Part shown: positions 17,552-24,958 of the stretch, one piece after another
Layout of the letters: each line of letters begins with the position of its first letter
Numbering within the stretch: position 1 is the first letter of the stretch
Source of the DNA: Candidatus Adlerbacteria bacterium
GTDB taxonomy: Bacteria; Patescibacteriota; Minisyncoccia; Phycocordibacterales; SBAW01
Length of the DNA stretch: 49,948 bases
Direction of reading: 5' to 3'
Assembly (NCBI GenBank): GCA_903900775.1
Contig: CAIUOD010000038.1
Span: forward strand, 1-49,948
Notes under the pieces: model-generated
What the model was told of the DNA's origin: nothing
The model's database searches: none
The model's input: only the letters and a program-made list of their open reading frames with translations
Made by a program: the position numbers and the translations under genes

Positions 17552-18829
17552 CTAGCGCGCGGGAGCACTCTCCGCCAGCAACTTATCCAGCTCTTCTTCG
17601 GCAATTTTTCTGTCACTCCATGGCATTTTACTGCCGTGCGGCCCCATGATGAAGGGGTCGGTGCCCTTGCCGGTGATGAGGACGGCTACGCCCTGGTCGC
17701 CCCCGGCCCCCTCGAGAGCCCGTGCCTCTTTAAGTGCCGCCCCAATGGCGGCGCGCCGGTCGAGCACGATGCGCGGCTCATGTTTCTTGAACCCCTTTGC
17801 TATTGCCTCAACTATTCCGCGTGGGTCTTCGTCGTAGGGGTCTTCGTTGGCGATAATAGTCACCTCGCAAAGTTCATCGGCAATGGCGCCCATCTGCGGG
17901 CGCTTCCACTGGTCGCGACCGCCGCCGGTCGAGCCCATGACGCAGACGAGTTTGTTTTTAGGGTGATAGGTCTCAAGCAGGGCGCGCAGTGAATCGGGGG
18001 TGTGCGCGTAGTCGATTATCACCGCGAATTTCTGCCCGCGCTCCACGCGCTCGGCGCGCCCCAGAACCGGGCTCACATGTTCAAGCGCATGCTTCATTAT
18101 CAGTCGCGACACCCCCATCGCCTCGCCGAGCGCAAGTGCCGCCAGCGTGTTTTTGAGATTAAACAGCCCAGGTAAGGGTACCGTGAAGAGCTCTCCGCGC
18201 CGCCAGACAAAGCGGATACTCTGGTCGTCGGCGGTGTAGGGCTCGGCATCGGCGAGCGAGAACGGCACTTTTGCCTCGACCTCGGCCGCTAAAAACTGCT
18301 CGCCGTAGGTGTCATCGGCATTGGCGATGACGTATCGCGGCCGCTTGCGGGAGTGCTCGAGCGCACGGGCGAGCGAGAGCTTTGCCGCCGCATAATTCTC
18401 GATGCCACCGTGGCTCTCGAGGTGCTCGGGCTGGAGATTGGTGAAGATGAGCGCATCGAGCTCGATGCCGCGATGGCGATATTGGCGCGCGCCTTCTGAA
18501 GTCATCTCGATGACCGCGTGGGTCGCTCCCGCGTCAACCGCCTTGCGCAAAAATTGCTGGAGATAGGCGTGCCCCGGCATCGTCATTTTAAAAAGATTAG
18601 GGTGGCTATCCTCGCCGATGGCGAAGCGGATGGTCGAGGCGAGCGCTACTTTGTGGCCTGCCTCGGTCAGTATTGTGCGTACGAGCTCGCAGGTGGTCGA
18701 TTTGCCCTTGGTGCCGGTTATGGCCACGACGAAAAGTTTGCGAGAAGGGAAGCGATAGAAAAGCGCGCCTCCATAGGCGAAGGCGAGGTGGTACCAGGCA
18801 AGCAATTTTTTAGGGATGAATCTTCTCAT
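17552..18829 (-). CDS. murE: Mur ligase, MurE-like (UDP-MurNAc-L-Ala-D-Glu: diamino acid ligase) lacking the usual N-terminal domain
   Basis: ITGTKGKSTT P-loop at residue ~38, MTMPG, FTNLQPEHLESHG, DYAHTPDSL, GSTGGGRDQWKRPQMG. In place of the DNPR specificity motif it reads NEDPY. Confidence 0.75.
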   Translation of the reverse strand: MRRFIPKKLLAWYHLAFAYGGALFYRFPSRKLFVVAITGTKGKSTTCELVRTILTEAGHKVALASTIRFAIGEDSHPNLFKMTMPGHAYLQQFLRKAVDAGATHAVIEMTSEGARQYRHRGIELDALIFTNLQPEHLESHGGIENYAAAKLSLARALEHSRKRPRYVIANADDTYGEQFLAAEVEAKVPFSLADAEPYTADDQSIRFVWRRGELFTVPLPGLFNLKNTLAALALGEAMGVSRLIMKHALEHVSPVLGRAERVERGQKFAVIIDYAHTPDSLRALLETYHPKNKLVCVMGSTGGGRDQWKRPQMGAIADELCEVTIIANEDPYDEDPRGIVEAIAKGFKKHEPRIVLDRRAAIGAALKEARALEGAGGDQGVAVLITGKGTDPFIMGPHGSKMPWSDRKIAEEELDKLLAESAPAR

Positions 18830-19434
18830 GGTAGTGTAGCGGCTCCTTTGCCGCCGCTTAAGTATTGGAGCGCGGCCGAGAGTCGCGAACGCATCTCTAC
18901 AATGTCGGGGCGGATCTCTTTAAGCGCTCGGCGGCCCTCGGCGGCACTGTAGCCGAGAACCATGAGCGCATCAAGCACGTCGCTGTCGCCCTCATTCGCG
19001 CGCGCGACGGGGGAAGTGTCGCTTTTAATTGTCTCGCCCATTTTGTCGCGCAACTCCACGACGATGCGCTCGGCACTTTTCTTGCCGATGCCAAAGACTT
19101 TGGTGAGCGCCGAGGCGTCGCCGCGCGCGATAGCGCGCGCCAGAGTCGGCACGTCGGCAATATCACAAACACCGAGCGCGGTTTTGGGGCCGATACCCGA
19201 GACGCTACACAGGAGTTTAAAAAAATTGAGTTCGTTTTGGGTAGGGAAGCCGTAGAGGTCGATAGCGTCCTCGCGCACCGCGGTGTGGATGAAGAGCGAG
19301 ACCTCGGGCGAGCCCGAAAGTAGCAAGAGTGTGCCGGCCGGCACTTTGACCGCATAGCCCACTCCATGCACGTCGACGAGCGCGACACCGTCACCCGCTG
19401 TGCCTGCAAATCGCCCCGTGAGCTTGCCTATCAT
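18826..19434 (-). CDS. ruvA: Holliday junction DNA helicase subunit RuvA
   Basis: MIGKLTGRFAG.. start (ATG at 19432-19434), HhH motifs (..VSGIGPKTALGV.., ..VFGIGKKSAERIVVEL..) and a C-terminal domain III. Confidence 0.9.
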   Translation of the reverse strand: MIGKLTGRFAGTAGDGVALVDVHGVGYAVKVPAGTLLLLSGSPEVSLFIHTAVREDAIDLYGFPTQNELNFFKLLCSVSGIGPKTALGVCDIADVPTLARAIARGDASALTKVFGIGKKSAERIVVELRDKMGETIKSDTSPVARANEGDSDVLDALMVLGYSAAEGRRALKEIRPDIVEMRSRLSAALQYLSGGKGAATLP

Positions 19435-19457
19435 ACGAAATAGTGTACTATCTCCGC

Positions 19458-19700
19458 ATGGCAATCACCACATCTGCTAAGAAGGCCCACCGCCAATCCC
19501 TGCGCAAAAAGGCTATGAACGACGCTCGTCGCGAGGCTATGCGCGGCGCCCTTAAGGTAGCCCGCTTGGCCCCGAAGGGCGACAAGAAGGCACTCTCCGC
19601 GGCCTACAAGGCAATCGACAAAGCGCTCAAGCGCGGCATTCTCCAAAAAAGCACCGCCGCCCACCGCAAGGCCAAAGTCTCAAAACTTTTGAAGGCGTAG
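19458..19700 (+). CDS. rpsT: 30S ribosomal protein S20
   Basis: MAITTSAKKAHRQSLRKKAMNDARR.. is a typical S20. The start was taken at the ATG at 19458. Confidence 0.9.
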   Translation: MAITTSAKKAHRQSLRKKAMNDARREAMRGALKVARLAPKGDKKALSAAYKAIDKALKRGILQKSTAAHRKAKVSKLLKA

Positions 19701-19715
19701 TTGCTCGCACATTTG

Positions 19716-19790
19716 TGGTGCTCCCGGCAGGAATCGAACCTGCATCGCCTCCTTCGGAGGGAGGCGTCCTATCCATTGAACGACGGGAGC
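19716..19790 (-). tRNA. tRNA-Arg (anticodon CCG), CCA encoded
   Basis: Reverse complement gctcccg-tc-gttc-aatggata-ggac-g-cctcc-ctCCGaa-ggagg-cgat-gcagg-ttcgatt-cctgc-cgggagc-a-cca. 75 nt. Confidence 0.9.
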
Positions 19791-19954
19791 GTGTTTTAGA
19801 CCGTCTCTATCTTACACCTTTGTGGTCACGAATAATTCTTCGCCGTCGCTCAGAATTTTCTCGACCCCGGCTCGCGGTTTCGCCTGCTGGCGAAACATCG
19901 CTCCGCCTGGCACCAAGCGCAAAATGCGCCGCAGGGCGCATTGTTGCTATAGCT

Positions 19955-20029
19955 TGGTGCCCCCGGCAGGAATCGAACCCACATTGCATCCTCCGCAAGG
20001 ATGCGTCCTATCCATTGAACGACGAGGGC
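19955..20029 (-). tRNA. tRNA-Arg (anticodon GCG), CCA encoded
   Basis: Reverse complement gccctcg-tc-gttc-aatggata-ggac-g-catcc-ttGCGga-ggatg-caat-gtggg-ttcgatt-cctgc-cgggggc-a-cca. 75 nt. Its D and T arms are identical to the neighbouring Arg-CCG gene. Confidence 0.85.
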
Positions 20030-20086
20030 GTACCAAATAAAACTACGTTAAAAGAGGCAGCAAGTAAAGCGTCAGCGAGCGGGCGG

Positions 20087-20560
20087 TTATAAACCCAAGA
20101 GCTCGGCGAGATATTCGCTCAAGTGCGGCTCTTGTTCTTCTTCGGGGATATATTGCAAAAGATATTGTCGCACCGAGGCGCCGTGGTTGGCATCGTCCAA
20201 GGGTACGGTGTGGCGCGGCAAAACGAGGCCTTGGGTCGCAATGAAGAGCCGCGGCGCGCGCTCGCCGAGGAGCTCGTGATCCTCAACCCAAAACGAGTGG
20301 ATGGCGCGGTAGGGGTAGAGCGTCCCGTCCATCGTCACGCCGCGCTTATCAAGTTTCACTTCGTGCTCGCGGGGGCCGCGCGCGGCCAGGATGCCGATGG
20401 AGGCGCCGCCCACTATTAAAATAACTGCCAGAAGATAGTTGGCAAAATAAATAGAGAGCGCGGCGCCGAGGATGGCGCCAAGCCCCAGCGCCCAGTACCA
20501 GTCGGCCGAGCGTTCTTTATGCTCGTGAGTGAGCACGTGCCAGACGATTTCGCCATTCAT
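20087..20560 (-). CDS. hypothetical membrane protein (2 TM + soluble C-terminal domain)
   Basis: WYWALGLGAILGAALSIYFANYLLAVILIVGGASIGILAA hairpin, then about 90 soluble residues. No family assigned. Confidence 0.55.
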   Translation of the reverse strand: MNGEIVWHVLTHEHKERSADWYWALGLGAILGAALSIYFANYLLAVILIVGGASIGILAARGPREHEVKLDKRGVTMDGTLYPYRAIHSFWVEDHELLGERAPRLFIATQGLVLPRHTVPLDDANHGASVRQYLLQYIPEEEQEPHLSEYLAELLGL

Positions 20561-20588
20561 CTTCTCTCAATTATCGCACGGATTTTTG

Positions 20589-21629
20589 CTATCGGAAGAG
20601 TATTTGCACCCAGCCGTTGTCGCCGAGGGAGAAGGGGATCGTCGTCCACTGATCGGGCAAGAGGCCGATTTCGGTTGAGGTCGAGTCGTCCGAGGAGCTC
20701 ACGCTGTAGCCGAAGCGGTGTCGATGGCCGCCCAAGCTGTAGTCACCACTGCTGGTGGTCTCCGCGGGGGCCGCCGTGCGCAAGACAGTGAAGCCGGAAC
20801 CACTATTCAGAGCCGAGGCATCCGCCAAGATTGTCTGGCCGTTGGCCGCCATACTCAACTTTTGCGCGCCAGCGCTCGCGATATTTTCGGTGGTGCCGTC
20901 AGCCGTAGTGTAGGCGTTTTCAAAAGTGACCGAACCGAAGTTGTCGAGCGGCAGATAGCCAAGCATATTCCCCGTGCCGCCGATGGGCATCTCTTCAATC
21001 CACTCGGCCGACGTATGTGAAGAGTTATAGGTGAGCGTCGTTTGATAATTTTGCCCCGTCGTATTGTTATGGAAGGAGAGCCCCCACTGCCCGGGCTTGC
21101 GCTCGGCCAAAGAGACCGTCACCGAGTCGCCAGCCGAAACCCCAAGCGGTATAGGCTCTAGAACATCCGGCAGTGTCTCGACCCAGGCCTGGTAGGAGAC
21201 TTGCCCATTTTGTGCAATGGCTTGGGTCCCGGCTTGTATGAGATCGCTCGAGCTCACGCCACCGATACCGACCCACGTAGCGTCGGCCGATGCCGGAGCA
21301 GAGCCTGAAGAGGAGTCGCTCGCGACGGTCGGCACCACCCAAGAGGCCCCGACCGCTGTGTAATTAGTATTTGTTTTATCGGCGACGTAGCCAGCCCAGT
21401 TGGCCGAGAGATTGTTGCTAATAGGCGCCTCGGGCGCTACCGAATTTGCACCTGGATTTCGGGCTAAGTCTGCGGATGAGGTCGAAGTGCTTCGATATGC
21501 AATGGTGGGGTGAGAAGTATGGGAAGCAGGAGAGATAGCCGCGTTTGCCGAGTTCCCCATGACGGGGCCACCCACCAGCAAGCCGCCCAGAAGTGCCACG
21601 CCAAGCAACGCATGTTTCCCATAGATCAT
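20589..21629 (-). CDS. secreted glutamic peptidase, family G1 (eqolisin / peptidase A4-like)
   Basis: Signal-peptide-like MIYGKHALLGVALLGGLLVGG. Blocks colinear with scytalido/aspergillo-glutamic peptidases: SANWAGY, WVGIGG..LIQAG (catalytic Gln position), SYQAWVETLP, GDSVTVSL, SAEWIEEM (catalytic Glu position), LDNFGSVTFENA. The ORF-track start (TTG at 21668) was replaced by the ATG at 21627-21629. Confidence 0.8.
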   Translation of the reverse strand: MIYGKHALLGVALLGGLLVGGPVMGNSANAAISPASHTSHPTIAYRSTSTSSADLARNPGANSVAPEAPISNNLSANWAGYVADKTNTNYTAVGASWVVPTVASDSSSGSAPASADATWVGIGGVSSSDLIQAGTQAIAQNGQVSYQAWVETLPDVLEPIPLGVSAGDSVTVSLAERKPGQWGLSFHNNTTGQNYQTTLTYNSSHTSAEWIEEMPIGGTGNMLGYLPLDNFGSVTFENAYTTADGTTENIASAGAQKLSMAANGQTILADASALNSGSGFTVLRTAAPAETTSSGDYSLGGHRHRFGYSVSSSDDSTSTEIGLLPDQWTTIPFSLGDNGWVQILFR

Positions 21630-21744
21630 ACTTGTGTATACGAGGACGATAATTCTCGTGGCGCGCAAAAATTCGCGAAACCAAAGTTCGCCTGAAGGCT
21701 TCAGATTTAAAAAAGTGAGAAAAGGTGCTATATACTATTGCTTC

Positions 21745-22152
21745 ATGGATACTTCAAAAAAGATATCGCTCGCCGTTTTATGTATCGATTATCGGATTTG
21801 GCCACAGGCACTCCCGCTCCTTAAGGGTAAATATGGCGCGTTTGATTTAATAGCAATGGCTGGTGCTTCTAAAAACTTAGTTTCGCCCGCGGCAGAAGGG
21901 GATAGAATAGTTCTGTTAGAAAATATCGCGACCTCAATCCGTCTCCATAACCCCGCGGTACTCATCCTCACCAATCACCTCGACTGCGGCGCCTATGGCG
22001 GCAGTAAAAAATTCTCCTCGCGCGAAGAAGAAATCGCCTTCCATCAGAGCGAACTTCAAAAAGCCAAAGCAGTCGTCAACGAAAAATTTCCCGAGCTTCC
22101 GGTCATCACCGAGCTTTTATTGATGGAGGAGGGGAATGTATCTCTAATGTAA
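21745..22152 (+). CDS. small beta-carbonic-anhydrase-like protein (135 aa)
   Basis: CIDYR .. MAGA .. NHLDCGAYGG reproduces the beta-CA zinc-ligand pattern CxDxR ... HxxCG at plausible spacing. The protein is much shorter than canonical beta-CA. The start was taken at the ATG at 21745. Confidence 0.4.
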   Translation: MDTSKKISLAVLCIDYRIWPQALPLLKGKYGAFDLIAMAGASKNLVSPAAEGDRIVLLENIATSIRLHNPAVLILTNHLDCGAYGGSKKFSSREEEIAFHQSELQKAKAVVNEKFPELPVITELLLMEEGNVSLM

Positions 22153-22199
22153 TTGCGGCATCCTGCAAAAAATATATCCCCTGACGGAGATTATTTTTG

Positions 22200-22286
22200 C
22201 GGAGAGGGTGAGATTCGAACTCACGGTGGAATTTCTCCCACGCCGCATTTCAAGTGCGGTGCCTTAGACCACTCAGCCACCTCTCC
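22200..22286 (-). tRNA. tRNA-Ser (anticodon TGA)
   Basis: Reverse complement ggagagg..gctgagtggtctaaggc..ccgca-ctTGAaa-tgcgg, then an 18-nt variable arm, then gtgag-ttcgaat-ctcac-cctctcc-g. 87 nt. Confidence 0.9.
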
Positions 22287-22343
22287 AGGTACTCGAACAT
22301 AAAAACGATACACTTTTTAGCCGTAATCCGCTATGCTTGAGGC

Positions 22344-22733
22344 ATGAGCTATCTCGGGATTGATTATGGCACCAAGCGCATCGGCGTGGCCTTCTCGAGC
22401 GAAGACAATTCGCTGGCCTTCCCGCTTAAGATTGTCGCGGCAGGCAACGGTGCGGTGGGGGAGATTGCGGCTATCGCACGCGAGCGCGGCGCGGGGGAGA
22501 TTGTGGTCGGCGAGTCTAATGACTTTGCCGGCAAGCCCAACGCGGTGATGAAAGAAATACATGCTTTTGCCGAGGCGCTTAAAGCTGAAGGATTTGTCGT
22601 GACTTTTGAGCCGGAGTTTTTGACCAGCGCTGCCGCTTTGCGCGGGCAAGAGGCAGTCGAGAAACATTTGGATGCTTCGGCGGCGGCGCTGATATTACAG
22701 AGTTTTCTTGATAGAATGAAAAACCATGGATAA
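22344..22733 (+). CDS. ruvX: putative pre-16S rRNA nuclease / Holliday junction resolvase-like protein RuvX (YqgF)
   Basis: MSYLGIDYGTKRIGVAFS.. N-terminus, 129 aa. Confidence 0.85.
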   Translation: MSYLGIDYGTKRIGVAFSSEDNSLAFPLKIVAAGNGAVGEIAAIARERGAGEIVVGESNDFAGKPNAVMKEIHAFAEALKAEGFVVTFEPEFLTSAAALRGQEAVEKHLDASAAALILQSFLDRMKNHG

Positions 22734-23100
22734 AGTCTCAATTGATGAATTTAAAAAAGTAGATATCCGCGTCGGCGAGATCCGTTCGGCCGAGAAGGTC
22801 GAGGGCGCCGATAAACTCTTGCGGCTTGTTGTAAATTTTGGCCCCGCCCCCGAGGGGGATTCGGTAGGAAAAGATGACGAGCGCCAAGTGGTCTCGGGCA
22901 TCGCGCCCTACTTCTCCGACCCGGACGCTCTGGTGGGGAAGCGCTGTCTCTTTGTCGCCAATCTTGAATATCGAACGATCCGCGGCCTCGAGAGCCAGGC
23001 GATGATTATGGCGGCAGGTGGCGACCCGCTACCTGATGGAACTGTCGGCCCGCTCTATTTGTTTGAGACAACGGCCCAGCCTGGTTCGCACGTGCGCTAG
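22726..23100 (+). CDS. tRNA-binding domain protein (CsaA/EMAP-like OB fold)
   Basis: IDEFKKVDIRVGEIRSAEKVEGADKLLRLVVNFG...VSGIAPYFSDPDALVGKRCLFVANLEYRTIRGLESQAMIMAA is the classic tRNA_bind pattern. Confidence 0.75.
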   Translation: MDKVSIDEFKKVDIRVGEIRSAEKVEGADKLLRLVVNFGPAPEGDSVGKDDERQVVSGIAPYFSDPDALVGKRCLFVANLEYRTIRGLESQAMIMAAGGDPLPDGTVGPLYLFETTAQPGSHVR

Positions 23101-23104
23101 AAAT

Positions 23105-23716
23105 ATGTTCACACTACTCACCAAATATCGGGATAGAAGCTGGCAATGGTTTACCCAAAAAGCCGCGAGCCCCTATGCACTAGGATGGCTCGCCGTTATG
23201 GCCTTCACCGACGCGATCTTTTTCCCGATCGCGCCGGAGGTTTTTTTGGTCGCGCTCATGCTGGCGCACCCCAGCCGATGGCGGCAGTATCTCCCCGTCG
23301 CGATCATCTCAAGCGCGCTGGGTGCCACGGTGGGTTATTTCATCGCCAACACACTCTTTGCCCAGTTTGGCGATCCAATCCTGCATTTTTATGGTCTACA
23401 AAAAGCCTTCTTCCTCGCGCGGCATGCCATCGGGGGCCACGTCTTCCTCACGATGATGTTTGCCTCGTTCACGCCTATTCCCGATAAAGTTTTTATCTAT
23501 GCGGGCGGATTTCTTGGCGCGCACTTTGTGCCCTTTATCACCGGCTATGTGCTGGGGCGCGGCGCGCGCATGGCGATTATTTGTTATCTCACCGGGCGCT
23601 TCGGCAAACGGACGCTCGAACTTATCGACGAATATCTACTCGCGGTCGGGGTGCTCCTCCTCGCGTTTTTAGCGTTGTATGGTATCGTTCATTGGCACCT
23701 CTTGGCGTGGTTTTGA
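23105..23716 (+). CDS. YqaA-like (DedA superfamily) membrane protein
   Basis: ..SPYALGWLAVMAFTDAIFFPIAPEVFLVALML.. plus several TM helices. The start was taken at the ATG at 23105. Confidence 0.65.
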   Translation: MFTLLTKYRDRSWQWFTQKAASPYALGWLAVMAFTDAIFFPIAPEVFLVALMLAHPSRWRQYLPVAIISSALGATVGYFIANTLFAQFGDPILHFYGLQKAFFLARHAIGGHVFLTMMFASFTPIPDKVFIYAGGFLGAHFVPFITGYVLGRGARMAIICYLTGRFGKRTLELIDEYLLAVGVLLLAFLALYGIVHWHLLAWF

Positions 23717-23730
23717 AGGTTAGAACCTAG

Positions 23731-23739
23731 TGCTATAAT
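23731..23739 (+). promoter_or_regulatory. extended -10 promoter element TGcTATAAT
   Basis: Perfect TATAAT (23734-23739) preceded by TGn. It ends 6 nt before the GTG start of the HNH ORF, which implies a near-leaderless transcript. Confidence 0.45.
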
Positions 23740-23745
23740 CTAGGT

Positions 23746-24057
23746 GTGGCTTACAAGTATCGGGAGGATCTTTATAAAGCTCAGAAGAGGCATCGTTTAA
23801 AAGTGCGGGCAAAGTTATTTGAGTTTTTGTCTGAAAAAGCCTGCATGGATTGTGGAGAAAGAGACCCCATTGTTCTTGACTTCGATCACAAAGACCCAAA
23901 GATGAAATTGAAAAACGTTGCAAGGATGCTTTCGGGGCACTATTCTTGGGAGTCGGTACTCGCAGAAATACAGAAATGTGAGATACGGTGTGCTAACTGC
24001 CATAGGCGCAAATCGTATGTTCAATTCGGGCATTTTGGCAGGACAAAGCCCTTGTAG
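23746..24057 (+). CDS. HNH endonuclease (free-standing, 103 aa)
   Basis: CMDCG..LDFDHKDP...KCEIRCANCHRRKS is a CxxC..H..CxxCH HNH/zinc-finger arrangement. It lies in a low-GC patch. The last 10 nt, including the stop codon, overlap tRNA-Arg(TCT). Confidence 0.7.
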   Translation: MAYKYREDLYKAQKRHRLKVRAKLFEFLSEKACMDCGERDPIVLDFDHKDPKMKLKNVARMLSGHYSWESVLAEIQKCEIRCANCHRRKSYVQFGHFGRTKPL

Positions 24058-24119
24058 TTTAATGGATAAAACTCCGGACTTCTAAGCCGGCTATCGAGGT
24101 TCGATTCCTCGCGGGGGCA
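24048..24119 (+). tRNA. tRNA-Arg (anticodon TCT)
   Basis: gcccttg-ta-gttt-aatggata-aaac-t-ccgga-ctTCTaa-gccgg-ctat-cgagg-ttcgatt-cctcg-cgggggc-a. 72 nt. One A-G mismatch closes the anticodon stem. Confidence 0.85.
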
Positions 24120-24126
24120 CAAAAAT

Positions 24127-24822
24127 ATGGAACGACCAGAAACAACACTTTTCATGCTCATGTCTGTCGATGGGAAAATATCGACCGGCGACACAGATAT
24201 AATGGATATCGATCAGGATTACAAAATTATTCCTGGGCTCAAAGAAGGTTTGCAGCAATACTATGATTTGGAACAAGAAACCGATTTATTTTCTTTAAAC
24301 ACTGGTCGGGTGTTTGCAAAGCTTGGGGTGAACGAAAAAACTGATGGGCCGGCAAAATCGCCAGTGAGTTTTATTGTAATTGATAACCGCCCGCACTTGA
24401 CTGCGAGTGGCGTAACGTATCTTTCGGAAAAAACTCAAAAGCTGTTTGTGGTTACTACGAATAAACTTCATCCTGCTTACGCAGTAAAACAAGCTCACCC
24501 GAACATTGAAATAGTCTCCTACGAACAGAAAATTGACCTCGCCGATTTAATGCAAAAACTCCGGAAAGATTATGGAGTTTTAAAACTTACGGTGCAGTCT
24601 GGTGGCACACTTAATACAGTGCTAGTGCGAGAGAGTTTGGTTGATCGCGTTCTAGTTGTGGTCGCTCCTGCGCTCGTGGGAGGGAAGGGCACGGCTAGTC
24701 TCATGGACGGAGAATCGCTCCATACACCCAAAGATTTGGGGGAAATTAAAACTCTCCAACTTGTCGAAACCCGACCGTTGAAGGAATCTTATTTACTTTT
24801 AGAATACAAAGTTAGAAAGTAA
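24127..24822 (+). CDS. RibD C-terminal domain / dihydrofolate-reductase-like reductase family protein
   Basis: TLFMLMSVDGKISTG.. N-terminus and ..LKLTVQSGGTLNTVLVRESLVDRVLVVVAPALVGGKG.. are typical of the RibD_C family. It lies in a low-GC patch. Confidence 0.6.
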   Translation: MERPETTLFMLMSVDGKISTGDTDIMDIDQDYKIIPGLKEGLQQYYDLEQETDLFSLNTGRVFAKLGVNEKTDGPAKSPVSFIVIDNRPHLTASGVTYLSEKTQKLFVVTTNKLHPAYAVKQAHPNIEIVSYEQKIDLADLMQKLRKDYGVLKLTVQSGGTLNTVLVRESLVDRVLVVVAPALVGGKGTASLMDGESLHTPKDLGEIKTLQLVETRPLKESYLLLEYKVRK

Positions 24823-24881
24823 TTCCTGCCAAGCAGGACAGGCTTCGACTCATAGACGCACTCGGTGTACACTAAGCGCTC

Positions 24882-24954
24882 GCACCCTTAGCTCAGTTGG
24901 TAGAGCAGCGCTTTTACACAGCGAAGGTCGCAGGTCCGAATCCTGCAGGGTGCA
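24882..24954 (+). tRNA. tRNA-Val (anticodon TAC) with atypical T-loop
   Basis: gcaccct-ta-gctc-agttggta-gagc-a-gcgct-ttTACac-agcga-aggtc-gcagg-tccgaat-cctgc-agggtgc-a. 73 nt. The T-loop reads TCCGAAT, so position 55 is C rather than the near-invariant U. Confidence 0.8.
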
Positions 24955-24958
24955 CCCG

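Noticed and set aside
17414-17992. 192-aa plus-strand ORF
   Set aside because: It is antisense to the murE 3' half and to the small TM ORF, with no recognisable domain.
19715-20092. 125-aa plus-strand ORF and neighbouring small ORFs
   Set aside because: They are the antisense translation of the two tRNA-Arg genes and their spacer.
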